A stretch of 64,000 bases of DNA from an uncultured Gammaproteobacteria bacterium (GTDB taxonomy: Bacteria; Patescibacteriota; Patescibacteriia; Magasanikbacterales; UBA922), in contig CAYUTO010000002.1 in assembly GCA_964447765.1 (NCBI GenBank), forward strand, positions 38,955 through 102,954, given 5' to 3'. The notes beneath the pieces are model-generated. The model saw only the letters and a program-made list of their open reading frames with translations, made no database searches and was not told where the DNA came from. Positions 47,092-57,934 of the stretch are shown here, piece by piece. The first letter of the stretch is position 1. Every line of letters begins with the position of its first letter. The position numbers and the translations under genes are program-made.

Positions 47092-48432
47092 TTAAGTCTT
47101 CTTTATCAACTCTTCAATATTTTTAACTTCAATCATATTCACTCCAGGTTGTTCGGTAATTTTTTTTCCGGCAGGAACAATGATACGTTTCATGCCAAGA
47201 TCAACTGATTCTTTGATTCGTTTTTCATTATGTCGCACTGAGCGTACTTCTCCGCCGAGTCCTACTTCACCAAACACTACCGTGTCACGACCGAGAGATT
47301 TATCTTTGTACGAGCTTGCAATTGCGAGGCATACTGCCAGATCAGCTGCTGGTTCTTGAATCTTTATTCCACCCACAATATTCAGGTGAATATCGTATTG
47401 TGCAAGAGTGAGTCCTGCGCGTTTTTCAAGCACCGCAGTGAGCAGATGTAAACGGTTCAGATCAAATCCACTTGCTTTCCGAACGGGGTATCCAAACGTA
47501 GTCTTATGAACTAATGCTTGTACTTCTACGAGAAGTGGGCGAGTACCTTCCATCACACAAGTCACCACATTCCCGGGCATATCCTCTCCGCGTTCGCGAA
47601 GTAGTGATGCCGAAGGATTTGCAACCGAGATAAGACCTACTCCTTCCATTTCAAAAATTCCTACTTCATCAGTCGCACCAAATCTATTTTTTACTGCACG
47701 TAAAATTCGATACGTATGATACTGGTCTCCCTCGAGGTAGAGCACGGTATCGACGAGATGTTCAAGAGTTTTTGGTCCCGCGACACTACCTTCTTTTGTC
47801 ACGTGCCCGATAATCACAATCGGTGTTCCAGATTGCTTTGCTACATCGAGAAGTAGCGTTGCGCATGCGCGTACCTGAGACACTGATCCAGCTTCGCCCT
47901 GTACCTGTTCACTTGAGATTGTCTGGATCGAATCAATAATCGCAAGTTTGGGTTTGTGTGCAGAAATAGTTGCTATAATCGTTTCAACCGAGGTTTCATT
48001 CGAAAGGGAAAGAGTGGGGGAGGTAATATTCAGTCTATCAGCGCGCATCTTTACCTGGCTTACTGATTCTTCTGCAGAAATGTAGAGAGAAGAGGGAATT
48101 GCAGCTGCCAGCTGTAATGCGAGAGTTGATTTACCAATACCAGGTTCTCCACCAAGTAACATAAAACTACCAGGGACAATTCCGCCACCAAGTACACGAT
48201 CAAGTTCTGAAATCGTAGTTTGTGTTCTTTCGGTCGAATGGGAATCAACGCTTGCGAGTGTGTGAATTGAAGCGGGTTGGGAAGTAGACGTGGTGGTATT
48301 GTTTTCTGGAATTTTCTCAGCTGTTTCTATGACCGTACCCCACGAGCCGCATTCGAGGCATCTCCCAATCCATTTTTGGTATTGAGCATCACACTTGGAG
48401 CAGGCGAAAATTGTTTTTGTTTTTGAGGACAT
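47092..48432 (-). CDS. radA: DNA repair protein RadA/Sms
   Basis: C4 zinc finger, GGEPGIGKST, KNRFG, GEVGLGGE. Confidence 0.97.
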   Translation of the reverse strand: MSSKTKTIFACSKCDAQYQKWIGRCLECGSWGTVIETAEKIPENNTTTSTSQPASIHTLASVDSHSTERTQTTISELDRVLGGGIVPGSFMLLGGEPGIGKSTLALQLAAAIPSSLYISAEESVSQVKMRADRLNITSPTLSLSNETSVETIIATISAHKPKLAIIDSIQTISSEQVQGEAGSVSQVRACATLLLDVAKQSGTPIVIIGHVTKEGSVAGPKTLEHLVDTVLYLEGDQYHTYRILRAVKNRFGATDEVGIFEMEGVGLISVANPSASLLRERGEDMPGNVVTCVMEGTRPLLVEVQALVHKTTFGYPVRKASGFDLNRLHLLTAVLEKRAGLTLAQYDIHLNIVGGIKIQEPAADLAVCLAIASSYKDKSLGRDTVVFGEVGLGGEVRSVRHNEKRIKESVDLGMKRIIVPAGKKITEQPGVNMIEVKNIEELIKKT

Positions 48433-48599
48433 AAATCTAATAGGTTTACCACTGAAGTAGTATACATATAGGTAGAAGAGAATTACAAGTTATACTAAGA
48501 AAATATAGGTTGAGCCGTCTAATCTATTTTCGGCATTACTTATTGAGTTTTGAATAAGTAAATGTTTATTTTTCTATATTGTTTAAACACTAGATATAA

Positions 48600-50687
48600 T
48601 CATTGCTTACAGGTACAAAGAGGGGTAGGAACTCCTCTATTAGAATCTCCCACAGCTGTTGTGGTGCAAGTATTGGTTCTGCATCCTGATGAAGTATTGT
48701 AATCAAAATGCCACACCTCTCCAGTAAATCGTTTCCATCCAACGACTGAGTAGAACAGTTCGGCAAGTATTTTGTTACCTATTTTCCATTTACCATCTCC
48801 AGTGCTGGTGCACACTTTACTACTACCTGATCCTGTACATGTTTTTGAATTTTCTTGAAGTATGACAGCAGTATCAAAATCAGGGTTTGTAATTGGTTCA
48901 TTATTTTTGTCAAAAAGAATGGTGTCAACTGCGCCCCCGCCCGCATAGTTATGGGCATTAGCGCCAGGAAAAGATAGTTTGGTTCCTAGATCTCCTGTAT
49001 TATTAGGGAATTTAGTGCAGACACGTGTTATAGCGTCTTCCAAAGATCTCCATGAACTATTAATTTGTATGGTAAAAGGTCCAGCTGGATGAGCTTGTGC
49101 TTTTAATCCGACAGCCTTTAAAGGTTCTACAAGCATTATAGGGATGCGTTTGCTCGTTCGAATTCCAGGAGCCCTAAGACCAACTTGTGTTTCGGATATT
49201 GGCATAGATCCTATCACACTTTGTTCTGGCCATGTCTCAGGTGGGTGTTGAGCACACCATTGGCGACAGCCCTCTATGCTGTCACACACATAACCTCTGG
49301 GACCAGTATATGGTCTTGGTAACGTGCTACCACCTGGGGTAGTTGGGGGAGGAGTGGTACCTGGGGTAGTTTGAGCTGATTGATCAGATTGATACGATAC
49401 ATGTGTACCATTATCTGAGTTAACTGTTTCACTAGCTTCAATCTCAGGTTCCTCAAGAAGTTTTTGGGGTATTACTAATATCTTCAAATTCTTCAAATTC
49501 ACCAAATCAGGATTCACGGTATAGAGAATCGTGTATGATCCTGCAGTAATTACAATTGCAATTACTGAGGACACAATTCGATGTTTCGCGCTACTGATAG
49601 TCTCGCTATTTCCAGCTGAAGTAATAATCTGCACTCCAGAGATAATGAGTACCATGACTGCAATAAGTGAGATCAGTCCTACACTATATTTATAAATCGC
49701 AGAAATAAATTCTCCGAGAAATGGAATATTGAGCCAGCTTGCACCAAATTCATCAGTAGTGATGTGAGTCTCTTTGGTAATATTGGTAAAAAATACTCCA
49801 GGTATCCCAATTTTTGTTTCAGGTGTGACGAGCTCTGGGGCCTCCATCGAAATATCAAAGCCGAGGAAAGTGGTCTGAACTAGATTATCTGGAGAGCTAG
49901 GAGAAGTGGGTCCTGCCCATGTACGCATCGTCTGAAGGGAAGTCGGCATCCAGTTGTTTTTTGCAGTATTCTGACACACATGAAGATTGGCTAAATCACC
50001 TGTTCCGTCTGCCTTAACCCAGGTGCCATCTCCATATTGCTCGGTGCAAACTTCCTGTATGGTGTTCGCAGGAGCTACATTGACAATAGTACCTAAATTA
50101 CAGATTTTAAGTTCTTTATCCTGAGCAAACCATGGATCATTTTCAACAGTGCTTGCGATAGTAGTGGAGTCACACACATGGTATCCTCCTCGTTGAGATA
50201 AACATGCATCATGGTCATCGCATGCATAGCCCATAAGAATTTTTTTTTCAACAGGATACTTAACATCATTTGTCGAATTTTTTGGAAGACTACTAAGATA
50301 GTCCGCTTTTTTACAAAAATTCCATTCAGCTCGGGACGAATCAGGATCTTGATCTGAGTCCATACACTTCCAGCCAGAAGCAGTGCCCCCATATCCGCCG
50401 TATAAGGTGTTTTCGCAATGGTCACTTTTTTGCTTATCCTGGTCATCGCATACACAAAAACTATTCTGGCATAGGCCTGTAGTACACTGATCATCATCAC
50501 TACAAGCTTGTCCAATTTTTTTCCCAATACAGATTGAGGATTGGCACAATCCACTATCACAATCACTGTTGACGCTACATGCACCACCTGCGTCTGTTGC
50601 TGTATGTACAGAGATTGCCTGTGTGATTCCAAGTATAATAAAAAACAAACTTGCTAGGATACGTAATGTAATTGCGTGTATTTTCAT
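48600..50687 (-). CDS. Fusion of Cys-rich repeats, a TrbC/VirB2-like pilin domain and an M15-type peptidase-like domain
   Basis: Signal peptide; CSVNSDCDSGLC and CSDDDQCTTGLC; IISGVQIITSAGN...AKHRI...ILYTVNP; SSWRS...H...AVD...EVWHFDY; ATGA overlap with the dsbA-family stop. Confidence 0.7.
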   Translation of the reverse strand: MKIHAITLRILASLFFIILGITQAISVHTATDAGGACSVNSDCDSGLCQSSICIGKKIGQACSDDDQCTTGLCQNSFCVCDDQDKQKSDHCENTLYGGYGGTASGWKCMDSDQDPDSSRAEWNFCKKADYLSSLPKNSTNDVKYPVEKKILMGYACDDHDACLSQRGGYHVCDSTTIASTVENDPWFAQDKELKICNLGTIVNVAPANTIQEVCTEQYGDGTWVKADGTGDLANLHVCQNTAKNNWMPTSLQTMRTWAGPTSPSSPDNLVQTTFLGFDISMEAPELVTPETKIGIPGVFFTNITKETHITTDEFGASWLNIPFLGEFISAIYKYSVGLISLIAVMVLIISGVQIITSAGNSETISSAKHRIVSSVIAIVITAGSYTILYTVNPDLVNLKNLKILVIPQKLLEEPEIEASETVNSDNGTHVSYQSDQSAQTTPGTTPPPTTPGGSTLPRPYTGPRGYVCDSIEGCRQWCAQHPPETWPEQSVIGSMPISETQVGLRAPGIRTSKRIPIMLVEPLKAVGLKAQAHPAGPFTIQINSSWRSLEDAITRVCTKFPNNTGDLGTKLSFPGANAHNYAGGGAVDTILFDKNNEPITNPDFDTAVILQENSKTCTGSGSSKVCTSTGDGKWKIGNKILAELFYSVVGWKRFTGEVWHFDYNTSSGCRTNTCTTTAVGDSNRGVPTPLCTCKQ

Positions 50688-51337
50688 AACCCAAGTATAC
50701 GCTCCCAATCACTCAATAACTTTGGAGTCTCTATTTGTACATTATTTATAAATAATGTGGGAACAGACTGAAGATTGAGTGTGTTCGCAATATTTTTATT
50801 AAGTTCAATAATCCGATCTGGACGATCTGATTCAAGACATGTATTTAATTTTTCGATATCAAGTTTGATTTCTTGGCTAATTTTGGTAAGCGTGCCTTCT
50901 GAGAGATTGTCGCTGTTGGAGAATGCATAGGCTGCAAACTGATCGAATTGTTTTTGTTCATGAGCGCATACCCCATATCGAAGTGCGGTCAGTGAAGGGT
51001 GGGGAAAATTATTCACCGGGAGACCTTTCCAAACCATCTTTACTTTATCCGGGTGTTTTTGTTGTACCTGGAGAAAGAGATCGTGTTGTGTTCTGCATGC
51101 ACTACAGGAAAAGTCTTCAAATGCGATTACGGTTATGGGTGATTTTTTGCTTCCAATGATGGGGTCTGTCGGGAGGGTAGGAATTTTGAATTCAGAAGCT
51201 ACATTTTCTTCTACTGCTGCAATTTTTGGATTGAGTGGTTGGTAGCGAACAATTTGGATAAAAAGCGCAAGAGCCCCTAGGAGAATAGCTGGTAAAAAGA
51301 CGGCGTAGATTTTTTTGTGTGTGAGTTCGTGGGACAT
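50684..51337 (-). CDS. Membrane-anchored DsbA-family thiol-disulfide oxidoreductase
   Basis: FEDFSCSAC (CxxC), cis-Pro loop SVPTLFIN, N-terminal TM helix. Confidence 0.9.
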   Translation of the reverse strand: MSHELTHKKIYAVFLPAILLGALALFIQIVRYQPLNPKIAAVEENVASEFKIPTLPTDPIIGSKKSPITVIAFEDFSCSACRTQHDLFLQVQQKHPDKVKMVWKGLPVNNFPHPSLTALRYGVCAHEQKQFDQFAAYAFSNSDNLSEGTLTKISQEIKLDIEKLNTCLESDRPDRIIELNKNIANTLNLQSVPTLFINNVQIETPKLLSDWERILGL

Positions 51338-51354
51338 AGTTTTTTGCAACTCCC

Positions 51355-52605
51355 TTATTTAAGTGGAATGCTAAACAATCCACTTTGATTTTTGTCAGTG
51401 AAGTAGAGTGTACTTCCATCTCCACTGACAAACATAGAGTCTACTACATGCGAGTCGTCAGTCTGGAGTGCTGTTCTAATTCCTGTGACGGTATCAATTC
51501 GATAAAAAGTATCTGCCGTAAAATTGGCAACTTCGGGGGCAAATCCTGCGCCACTTTCAAGGGTCGTTGGTACCCCGCAGTAGACGGTGCGTTCATCTGC
51601 CATCGTACATTTGGATGCCCAAGTGTTTACGCCCAATGGTTTTCGGTTTGCGCCAGCATTTTCTGGGCTTGCGTCCACAATCCATAATTCAGGCTTATAA
51701 TCAGTTCGTGAGCTGTGCACACTGTGTAGTAGTTTATTGCCTTCAGGAGACCATTGAGTTTGCAGTCCGCGTCCTTCGACTTCGATTGATCTAAAATTTT
51801 CATTGTTTTGTCCGACGAGGAGTAATTCTTGTCGCTGTCCACCAATTTCGTCTCCAGTCAAAGAAAGTGCTACTACTTGTCGGTTGGGTGACCAATCAAC
51901 GATTACTTTTGATGCATTATTACCAAGTGCCTCGACAAGGGATACATTATTTCCTGTAGGGTCACTCGTGATAAGCCAACGATTGTCGGGGGATAACCCC
52001 ATGCTTTTTGCAGTGATTTGTGAGCCTTCTTCGGAGAAAGAAAATGATTCCCAGTGTTTGGGGAGTGTTACCTGAGTATTCGAATCAAAATCATAATAAA
52101 TATTTGATCCATCAGGGTATTCAATAATTGTTTCATTGGTCTCGGGTGACCATGTAGCCTGAGTGACATTATAAAACACCGTATCACTCAGTACTCGTAC
52201 ACCCCCATTTCGATCAAGGGTATAAAATTTTCCGTCATTCTCATTGTAAAATCGTGCATTTCCGCTCGGTCCCGGACTAGGACTCCCTATGCTCACGTCT
52301 ACTACACGGGTAATTAATGGTTGGGAATTTGGTCGGTTGATCGTATTCGGCTGGATAATCCCTCCGGTTGTTTGTCCGCCACCCGTCTGACCGCTGCCAG
52401 TCGGTAAGGTACCTCCTCCTGAGGTGATAGGGGGAATATCCCGTTCTCCCGTCTCGGGGAATAGACTGCCGTCAGTTTGTGTTCCGGTCCCAGGAGGAAC
52501 AGTGCTTACAGGAGCTTGTCGAAAAAATACCCAATAAATGGCAAATCCCAAGAGTACACAAATGCCGAGAAAACCGACGGTAAGTAATATTTGCTTTTTT
52601 TCCAT
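51355..52605 (-). CDS. Membrane-anchored beta-propeller-like protein
   Basis: N-terminal TM helix, Gly/Thr/Pro linker, repeated WSP/FS motifs (WSPET, WSPNR, WSPEG, VSGDG). Confidence 0.65.
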   Translation of the reverse strand: MEKKQILLTVGFLGICVLLGFAIYWVFFRQAPVSTVPPGTGTQTDGSLFPETGERDIPPITSGGGTLPTGSGQTGGGQTTGGIIQPNTINRPNSQPLITRVVDVSIGSPSPGPSGNARFYNENDGKFYTLDRNGGVRVLSDTVFYNVTQATWSPETNETIIEYPDGSNIYYDFDSNTQVTLPKHWESFSFSEEGSQITAKSMGLSPDNRWLITSDPTGNNVSLVEALGNNASKVIVDWSPNRQVVALSLTGDEIGGQRQELLLVGQNNENFRSIEVEGRGLQTQWSPEGNKLLHSVHSSRTDYKPELWIVDASPENAGANRKPLGVNTWASKCTMADERTVYCGVPTTLESGAGFAPEVANFTADTFYRIDTVTGIRTALQTDDSHVVDSMFVSGDGSTLYFTDKNQSGLFSIPLK

Positions 52606-52649
52606 ACCACGTAGGGAATCAGAGAGAAAATAATTTCTAATTATTTATC

Positions 52650-53786
52650 TTAAGTTGCTTGCGGGACATCAAACTTCGGGGTAGGTGCACGAGGTCCACT
52701 TCTTTTTTGTCGCTGGATAGATTGTATCACATTTACAGCTTTTTCTCGATCTTTTTTGGCTTTATCGATTTTTTCATCGATTGTTTTGATTTGCTTTTCG
52801 AGTAGATCTATCAATTCGCTTATTCCGTATTGTATGAATTTCAATAACCAATCTAAACCTTTGAGTATTAACCCGATAATAGCGAGGATGATAGTGAAAT
52901 ATAATATTGCTATCACAATGGCAAGGAGTCCTCGGGCAATCAAAATAAATAGTTTTGAAACTTGTAGAGTGCGCAGTGCGACTTGTAGAGGTAATTTTTT
53001 TAACCGTAAATTTTTGATTTTTTGATCCAGTTTTTGCTTGATACGCATGACACGATTCATCTTTTGTGACGCCTGTTGATCCTGCTTCATGGACATTTCC
53101 TGTCCTTGAGTCTGTTGCAAAACTCTCATTCCCAAATTTCGTTTTTGTTGCACTTCCTGTTTTTTCTTCCCACGCTCTTGTTCAAGTTGTTGCTCTCGGA
53201 CTTGTTCTTCTTGGAGTGCTTGATCTAGGAATGCACTCTGATCTTCTTCGCTTTGATCTTCATTTTCTTCGTCGCCCTCTTTGGTACCTTCTTTGGAAGA
53301 AGGATTTGATTCGGCATCAGCGAGGGGAAATGGATTTTCTTCTGTACCCTCCCCTTGGTCAGGGGTATCGGGGACGGTATCAGGAGTAGAGGGGTCGGTC
53401 TGTTGAGTTTGGTTTTGAGTAGATGAGTTTCGTTGTGTTCGGCGTGCGGAAGGTGATAATTGTGTCTGTGCAGAAGATGGTACATCAAATTTGAGTTTTA
53501 ACTTTACACCAGCTGAACCATCCGATGTTGTTTCAAGACTAGAACTATCATTACCCCCTGATTCGAGGCTTGCTTGGATATGATCAATTTCAAGACCAGT
53601 AGCCTCATCTTCGTTATTAATTGCTAGTTTTGCATCATTTCGTGCGCTATTCTGACTGCGATATATCTGAGATGCTTGGTTCTGCTCCGTAGGTGTGGCG
53701 GACGCAGGTTTACCGGAACCGATGGCAGCAGCAAGAGCGGCTCCGCGAGCAAAACGTCCGACGAAGTTGCCTTTTTTTGATGCCAT
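52650..53786 (-). CDS. Hypothetical low-complexity/coiled-coil membrane protein
   Basis: Acidic disordered N-half, Gln/Lys coiled coils flanking one long hydrophobic segment. Confidence 0.6.
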   Translation of the reverse strand: MASKKGNFVGRFARGAALAAAIGSGKPASATPTEQNQASQIYRSQNSARNDAKLAINNEDEATGLEIDHIQASLESGGNDSSSLETTSDGSAGVKLKLKFDVPSSAQTQLSPSARRTQRNSSTQNQTQQTDPSTPDTVPDTPDQGEGTEENPFPLADAESNPSSKEGTKEGDEENEDQSEEDQSAFLDQALQEEQVREQQLEQERGKKKQEVQQKRNLGMRVLQQTQGQEMSMKQDQQASQKMNRVMRIKQKLDQKIKNLRLKKLPLQVALRTLQVSKLFILIARGLLAIVIAILYFTIILAIIGLILKGLDWLLKFIQYGISELIDLLEKQIKTIDEKIDKAKKDREKAVNVIQSIQRQKRSGPRAPTPKFDVPQAT

Positions 53787-53787
53787 A

Positions 53788-56373
53788 CTAACTTAAGAGA
53801 TACTCATCTTTTTTACGAGTGAGTGTATACGCTTTCTTTTTCTTTTTTGAGAGTATGTCGATTACTAGTTGTTCAATAATTCGCTCGAGCTTTCGTTCGA
53901 TGTTTCGTGCACCCAAATCTTTGTCCCGAGTTTCCCGAGCCAGAGCCTCAAGAGCATCAGTATCGGTGGCAATCGTAATCTGCTGACTCTCATTGAGAGA
54001 ATTACTTAGTTTTGCAATATGCTTCAAGATAATATTGCGCACATCTGCTTCGGTGAGCTGATTGAATACACATACGGCATTGATTCTGCTCATGAGTGCT
54101 GAAGAGAAGCCTTCTTTGAGTTTTCCCATGATTGCTTTTTCGAGCGTGTGCCTCGTTTCAACGGTACTCTTGTGCGTATCTCCAAATCCGATTCCCTGAG
54201 ATTTGTATAACTCAGCTCCGATGTTTGAGGTAAGAATGATAATTGAGTGTGTGAGTTTTACTTTTTTTCCATTGGTATCACTGATTTCTCCTTCATCAAG
54301 AATCTGGAGTAATAATTTCATGACATCAGGATGCGCTTTGTCGATTTCATCAAACAACAATACTGAATATGGTCGTAATTTTAATTTTTCGAGGAATGGG
54401 TTACGGTCTTTGTACCCAATATATCCAGCAGGGGAGCCAAGTAGCTTTGCCGTACTATTTCCTTCTGAAAATTCACCCATGTCGAGACGAATAAAAGCTT
54501 TGGCATCATGGTACAGTGCTTCGGCTAGTTGCTTTGCAAGCTCAGTTTTGCCCACTCCAGATGGCCCGGTGAAGAGAAATGAGGCGTAGGGCTTTTTGGT
54601 ATCTCTAATACCCAGTTCGGCCATTTTGAGGGTTTCTACTACTTCTTCCAATACCTCATCTTGTCCCATGATATGAGTTTTCAGTTTTTCTTTGAGTGTT
54701 TTCAACTGTTCCCATTCATTCTGATTGAGCATGGTCCGGTCAATATGCATTTTTTTACTAAGCACATCGCGCACGTGTTCGACCGTAACAGAAGGGAGAG
54801 TGAGTACCTTCTTTTTTGAAGTTTTTTCGAGAGCATTTTTTGCTCGAGCTAATTTTTTTTCAAGTGCTGTTATTGCATCTTTGATTTTTGCCGCATCTTT
54901 CAATCGTTCTTCGGCAATCGCTTGGTTCTTTTTTTCAATATATTCTTCGAGTTTTTTTTCAAGCGTCTCAAATTTTGCAACAGACACGGGTGTTTTTTGT
55001 TTGGTTTTGACCGAGCTTGCTGCTTCATCAATCAGGTCGAGTGCTTTATCAGGCTGGAAATTATCATGGATATAACGGTTGCTGAGGCGCACTGCTTCCT
55101 CAATTGCATCGTCAAGAATTTGTACCTGGTGGTACCCTTCGTAGTGTTTCTTGACACCAGTAAGAATCGTAAGTACTTCATCACGATTTGGTTCATCCAC
55201 ATCAATTTTCTGGAAACGTCGTTCAAGCGCGGGGTCAGAAGAAATATATTTTTTGTATTCATCATACGTGGTTGCACCAATACAGCGGAGAAGACCTCTG
55301 GCAAGGGCGGGTTTCAGAATATTTGCCGCATCCATCGTACCTTGATTGGATCCCGCACCAATAATATTATGGAGCTCGTCGATAAACAGGATGTAATTTG
55401 GGTTTTTCGCGCATTCATCAATAATTGATTTGAGTCGTGCTTCGAATTCTCCGCGATAAATAGTCCCTGCAACGAGGAGGGTAAGGTCGAGAGAGAGAAT
55501 TTTTTTTCGTTTCAAAATATCTGGAATATCTCCTTCGGCAATTCGTTTTGCAAGACCTTCAACAATCGCTGTTTTTCCAACGCCAGGTTCCCCGACGAGA
55601 ATCGGGTTGTTTTTGTTTCTTCGTGAAAGGATGTTGATCATTCGCTCGATCTCATCTTCGCGACCAATCACTGGGTCAATTTTTTCAGTATGCTGGCGAT
55701 GAGTAAGGTTGGTGGTAAATAGGGCGACTGCCGACGTTTGTTTTCGATCACGAGAGAGTGATGCGGGCATGGTATCTGGTTTTGAGTTTTCTGACGGTTG
55801 TTCTTCGTGTTCGTCTTCTTCGGTTTCTTCCTCATGGGCAGATTCGAGTGGAGTACCTTGAATTTCCTCAAATATTTCCATCACTTCTCCCATCTGGGTA
55901 AATTTTTCCGCGTTATGGAATGAAATATCGAGTTGCGCTTTGAGTTCGCCCACATTTACCGAAAGAGTCCCGAATAATTCTTGTATTTCTTTATTTTTGA
56001 GAGATAGTATTCCAAAAAGTAAATGCTCGGTACCAATATATGAATGTCCTTCCTCGTGTGCGCGAAGGAGTGCTTTTTCGAGTGCGCTTCGGGAAGTGGT
56101 ACTGAGATTAGGGACTGGAGTAGAAACTTTGTCTGAGGTGACGGTATGAGCTTCCTCGAAATGTTCCGTCAAATGATCACTAATAAGCTCGGGTGTAATT
56201 GAGAATTTTTTTAAAAGCTCACTACCAATACTTCCGGTTTCTTCGGTAAGTGCATGCAAAAGGTGAGGCAATTCTACCTGTGATTTCTTCAAGCGTGCAG
56301 CAAGAGAAATCGATCGGGCGATCGTATTTTTTAAATGTGTAGAGAAATTATCAAGAAGTTTTTGTGCGTCCAT
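53788..56373 (-). CDS. clpC: Clp ATPase, ClpC-like
   Basis: Clp N-domain repeats, GEPGVGKT and FIDELH, UVR-like middle segment, GPSGVGKT and FDEIDK, IGF loop (QGIGFG). Confidence 0.9.
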   Translation of the reverse strand: MDAQKLLDNFSTHLKNTIARSISLAARLKKSQVELPHLLHALTEETGSIGSELLKKFSITPELISDHLTEHFEEAHTVTSDKVSTPVPNLSTTSRSALEKALLRAHEEGHSYIGTEHLLFGILSLKNKEIQELFGTLSVNVGELKAQLDISFHNAEKFTQMGEVMEIFEEIQGTPLESAHEEETEEDEHEEQPSENSKPDTMPASLSRDRKQTSAVALFTTNLTHRQHTEKIDPVIGREDEIERMINILSRRNKNNPILVGEPGVGKTAIVEGLAKRIAEGDIPDILKRKKILSLDLTLLVAGTIYRGEFEARLKSIIDECAKNPNYILFIDELHNIIGAGSNQGTMDAANILKPALARGLLRCIGATTYDEYKKYISSDPALERRFQKIDVDEPNRDEVLTILTGVKKHYEGYHQVQILDDAIEEAVRLSNRYIHDNFQPDKALDLIDEAASSVKTKQKTPVSVAKFETLEKKLEEYIEKKNQAIAEERLKDAAKIKDAITALEKKLARAKNALEKTSKKKVLTLPSVTVEHVRDVLSKKMHIDRTMLNQNEWEQLKTLKEKLKTHIMGQDEVLEEVVETLKMAELGIRDTKKPYASFLFTGPSGVGKTELAKQLAEALYHDAKAFIRLDMGEFSEGNSTAKLLGSPAGYIGYKDRNPFLEKLKLRPYSVLLFDEIDKAHPDVMKLLLQILDEGEISDTNGKKVKLTHSIIILTSNIGAELYKSQGIGFGDTHKSTVETRHTLEKAIMGKLKEGFSSALMSRINAVCVFNQLTEADVRNIILKHIAKLSNSLNESQQITIATDTDALEALARETRDKDLGARNIERKLERIIEQLVIDILSKKKKKAYTLTRKKDEYLLS

Positions 56374-56530
56374 AGGGCATTAGTCAGAAAGTCGAAAGTA
56401 AAATACGCAACTTATTGCGTCTAGTATGGTAGGTAGTATATACTGTTTTTACATCAAAATCAATCAGGATAAAGCCTAAAAGGCTAATGCAACTTAAAAA
56501 GCTCTAAATTAACCAGACAACCAGAAAAAT

Positions 56531-57892
56531 ATGCATCCCAAACACATATTCAAAGCCTACGATATTCGTGGACTCGCTGAATCAGAACTTTCAGAAGAAC
56601 TCGCATGGTCAGTAGGTCATGCATTTGCACATATACTTGAAAAAAACGGAGTAGCATTGTCGGACCGGTCTATCGTAGTTGGTTATGACATGAGACCGAC
56701 GAGCATTCCATTTGCCAAAAAAGTAATTGAAGGAATCCAGGCGCACGGAGTGTCGGTCGTAGATATTGGGCTTACCTCGACTCCAGTATTTAATTTTGCG
56801 TGTGCGCATTACCCGGCTCATGCGGGGGGAATTATGGTGACTGCAAGTCACAATCCTGCAGAATACAATGGGTTCAAACTTACGTATGAAAATGGACTAG
56901 CATTGGGTACCGGAAGCGGGATGGAAGAGCTCCGTGATTTGATTATTTCCAATTATCGAGAAGAAAAACCAGAAAAAGGAGGGTATACAACATATGCGGT
57001 AGTTGATGAATATATTGAATATATTTTGAGCTTAGTGGATACCTCAAAAATTAGACCCATGAAAATCGTGGTCGATGCGGGAAATGGAATGGCAAGTGTC
57101 TCAATTCCAAAATTACTCGAAAAACTTCCAGTCACTGTTGAGTATCTATTTCTCGAACCAGATGGGACATTCCCCAATCATGAAGCAAATCCGCTGAAAG
57201 AGGAAACACTGAGAGATCTGCAAAAGAAAGTAATAGAAAATAACGCAGATTTTGGATTTGCACTCGATGGTGACGCTGATCGTATTGGATTGGTGGATGA
57301 ATTGGGCCAAGTCGTTCCTGCGTCATTTGTTGGTGGGTTGGTAGGGCTTGAAATTTTAAAACTACATCCAGGAGCGCACATGTTCTACGATCTTCGTATG
57401 AGTAGGAGTGTCAAAGAATCATGGGAATCCCATGGGGCAACTACTGAAATATGCAAAGTAGGACATGCGAACATTAAGAAGATGATGAAAGATAAGAAGG
57501 CAGTATTTGCTGCTGAGTTGTCACTTCATTTGTTCTATCAAGATACGCATGATGTAGAATCAACTGATTTTTCATTACTACTCACCCTCCTTATGCTTTC
57601 GACATCGGAGACACCTTTGAGTGCGCTCTGGAAAACACTGGAGAAATATGCACATTCAGGTGAGATTAATTTTCATGTAGAACATACGGATGAGGTGATA
57701 CAAAAAATCACCGAACGTTTTTCAGACGCACAAATCAGTGAACTAGACGGAGTATTATTTGAATATCCGGAGTATTGGATTAGTGTGCGCAAAAGTAATA
57801 CTGAGCCAGTGCTCAGATTGAATGTCGAAGCGCATAATAAACAGAAGATGAATGAAATTGTTGAGGAGATTAGAGGGCTGATTGTACTTTGA
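56531..57892 (+). CDS. Phosphomannomutase/phosphoglucomutase
   Basis: FKAYDIRG, TASHNP, DGDADR, RKSNTEPVLRLNVE. Confidence 0.95.
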   Translation: MHPKHIFKAYDIRGLAESELSEELAWSVGHAFAHILEKNGVALSDRSIVVGYDMRPTSIPFAKKVIEGIQAHGVSVVDIGLTSTPVFNFACAHYPAHAGGIMVTASHNPAEYNGFKLTYENGLALGTGSGMEELRDLIISNYREEKPEKGGYTTYAVVDEYIEYILSLVDTSKIRPMKIVVDAGNGMASVSIPKLLEKLPVTVEYLFLEPDGTFPNHEANPLKEETLRDLQKKVIENNADFGFALDGDADRIGLVDELGQVVPASFVGGLVGLEILKLHPGAHMFYDLRMSRSVKESWESHGATTEICKVGHANIKKMMKDKKAVFAAELSLHLFYQDTHDVESTDFSLLLTLLMLSTSETPLSALWKTLEKYAHSGEINFHVEHTDEVIQKITERFSDAQISELDGVLFEYPEYWISVRKSNTEPVLRLNVEAHNKQKMNEIVEEIRGLIVL

Positions 57893-57934
57893 GATGTGGA
57901 AAATTAAATAAGATTATTTATTGTCATAAAAAAT

